From IMG/VR virus record IMGVR_UViG_3300035190_000668: 64,000 bases of DNA; one strand, written 5' to 3'. Made by a program: the position numbers and the translations under genes. Source of the DNA: an uncultured virus (IMG/VR IMGVR_UViG_3300035190_000668). Its lineage: Duplodnaviria > Heunggongvirae > Uroviricota > Caudoviricetes. The notes beneath the pieces were generated by a model, which made no database searches, was not told the DNA's origin, and saw only the letters and a program-made list of their open reading frames with translations. Below, piece by piece: positions 63,286-64,000 of this stretch. Position 1 is the first letter of the stretch, and every line of letters begins with the position of its first letter.

Positions 63286-63941
63286 TCTGCCTCTGGAACG
63301 TACATCTCTGGAGTATGAAACTTTTTGTTATAGTCTAACATCGTAACAATTGAATATTTTGTTCCTGATGTTACTGGCATTGCTTTATGTGGATACATAA
63401 AGTTTGAAGGGAATATATAGAGATCTCCAGCTTTTGGCTTAATCTTTAAGTCTTGTAACCTAAAGTACAATTCTCCACCTTCGTAATCATCGTTTACATA
63501 TGACACTAAAGAAACAGTACAGTTATAAGAAAACCCGTGGTCGTGGTGCTCCTGAAAATGTTGACCTGGGCCATACTTGATAAAGTTAAAAGCTTCCCAA
63601 TACTTTAAATCCATAATGTTATAGTCTTTTCTATAGTCTTCAACTGCTGGGGATTGTGCATCATATACATCTTGCCACAGTGATTGAAGATTTAAAGATG
63701 TCTGACTCTTATCTTGCTCAATATCTGTTTTTTTAAATTTAAAGTCATTGCAGTCTCTATATTCTGGCATTAACTGTTGGTATCCTACATAGGCAGGAAG
63801 CCAACTATATCCAGTTTTATCTCCTACTGGCTTTAAGTTAGACTCTAATCTTCCTATTACGTCAATATCACTTTTGATTACATCTCTATAGCAAACAATA
63901 CCGTTGCCTAGATTTTCTTTTGAGCTCCAAGTGTTCATCAT
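63282..63941 (-). CDS. 2OG-Fe(II) dioxygenase (prolyl-4-hydroxylase-like)
   Basis: HHD..YVNDDYEGGE..FPSNFMYPH..GTKY. Confidence 0.9.
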   Translation of the reverse strand: MMNTWSSKENLGNGIVCYRDVIKSDIDVIGRLESNLKPVGDKTGYSWLPAYVGYQQLMPEYRDCNDFKFKKTDIEQDKSQTSLNLQSLWQDVYDAQSPAVEDYRKDYNIMDLKYWEAFNFIKYGPGQHFQEHHDHGFSYNCTVSLVSYVNDDYEGGELYFRLQDLKIKPKAGDLYIFPSNFMYPHKAMPVTSGTKYSIVTMLDYNKKFHTPEMYVPEAE

Positions 63942-63947
63942 TACCCC

Positions 63948-64000
63948 TTATTTATATTCTCTTCTAGTCCAGACATGGTTTTTATAAATACCGCCATCTG
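63948..64000 (-). CDS. C-terminal fragment of an upstream gene (…DGGIYKNHVWTRREYK*)
   Basis: Open frame entering from the window edge and ending just before the SD of 63282..63941. Confidence 0.55.
   Translation of the reverse strand, partial: DGGIYKNHVWTRREYK

Noticed and set aside
58952..63941. TET/JBP DNA-hypermodification locus
   Set aside because: Motifs are of the P4H-like type and no methyltransferase or glycosyltransferase partner is visible; not fully excluded because the cluster continues off-window.
1..64000. Stop-codon reassignment or tRNA genes
   Set aside because: TAA, TAG and TGA all end intact genes under the standard code; intergenic gaps are short and show no cloverleaf.

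Overview
This window is a 64-kb internal segment of a large lytic tailed dsDNA phage (siphovirus-like: tape measure, tail tube and tail assembly chaperones present, no sheath gene seen). It is AT-rich and uses the standard genetic code. Nearly every real gene is on the minus strand. In transcription order (right to left) it holds: (i) six prolyl-4-hydroxylase-type 2OG-Fe(II) dioxygenases, a DUF6065-like gene and an SDR; (ii) the only plus-strand gene, a signal-peptide lytic transglycosylase; (iii) a cluster of repeat-rich fibre proteins; (iv) a class II ribonucleotide reductase; (v) portal, protease/scaffold, capsid, head-tail, tail tube, chaperone, tape measure and tail-tip genes, ending in an 1807-aa Ig/FN3 protein with a (PPFF)n repeat; (vi) a replication/recombination block (DnaB, primase, SSB, DnaE, MazG, RecA, resolvases, Cas4-like nuclease); (vii) terminase; (viii) two secreted Ala-rich proteins. 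Gene content and the many apparently leaderless extended -10 promoters suggest a low-GC (possibly freshwater) actinobacterial host; this is inference. No tRNA, CRISPR array, integrase, intein or reverse transcriptase was recognised. The most notable observations are the hydroxylase cluster together with the Pro/Phe-repeat virion protein, tail chaperones encoded by gene duplication instead of a frameshift, a probable ATT start codon, and a window-wide TGnTAnAnT promoter network. All product calls come from motif recognition by eye, not database searches.
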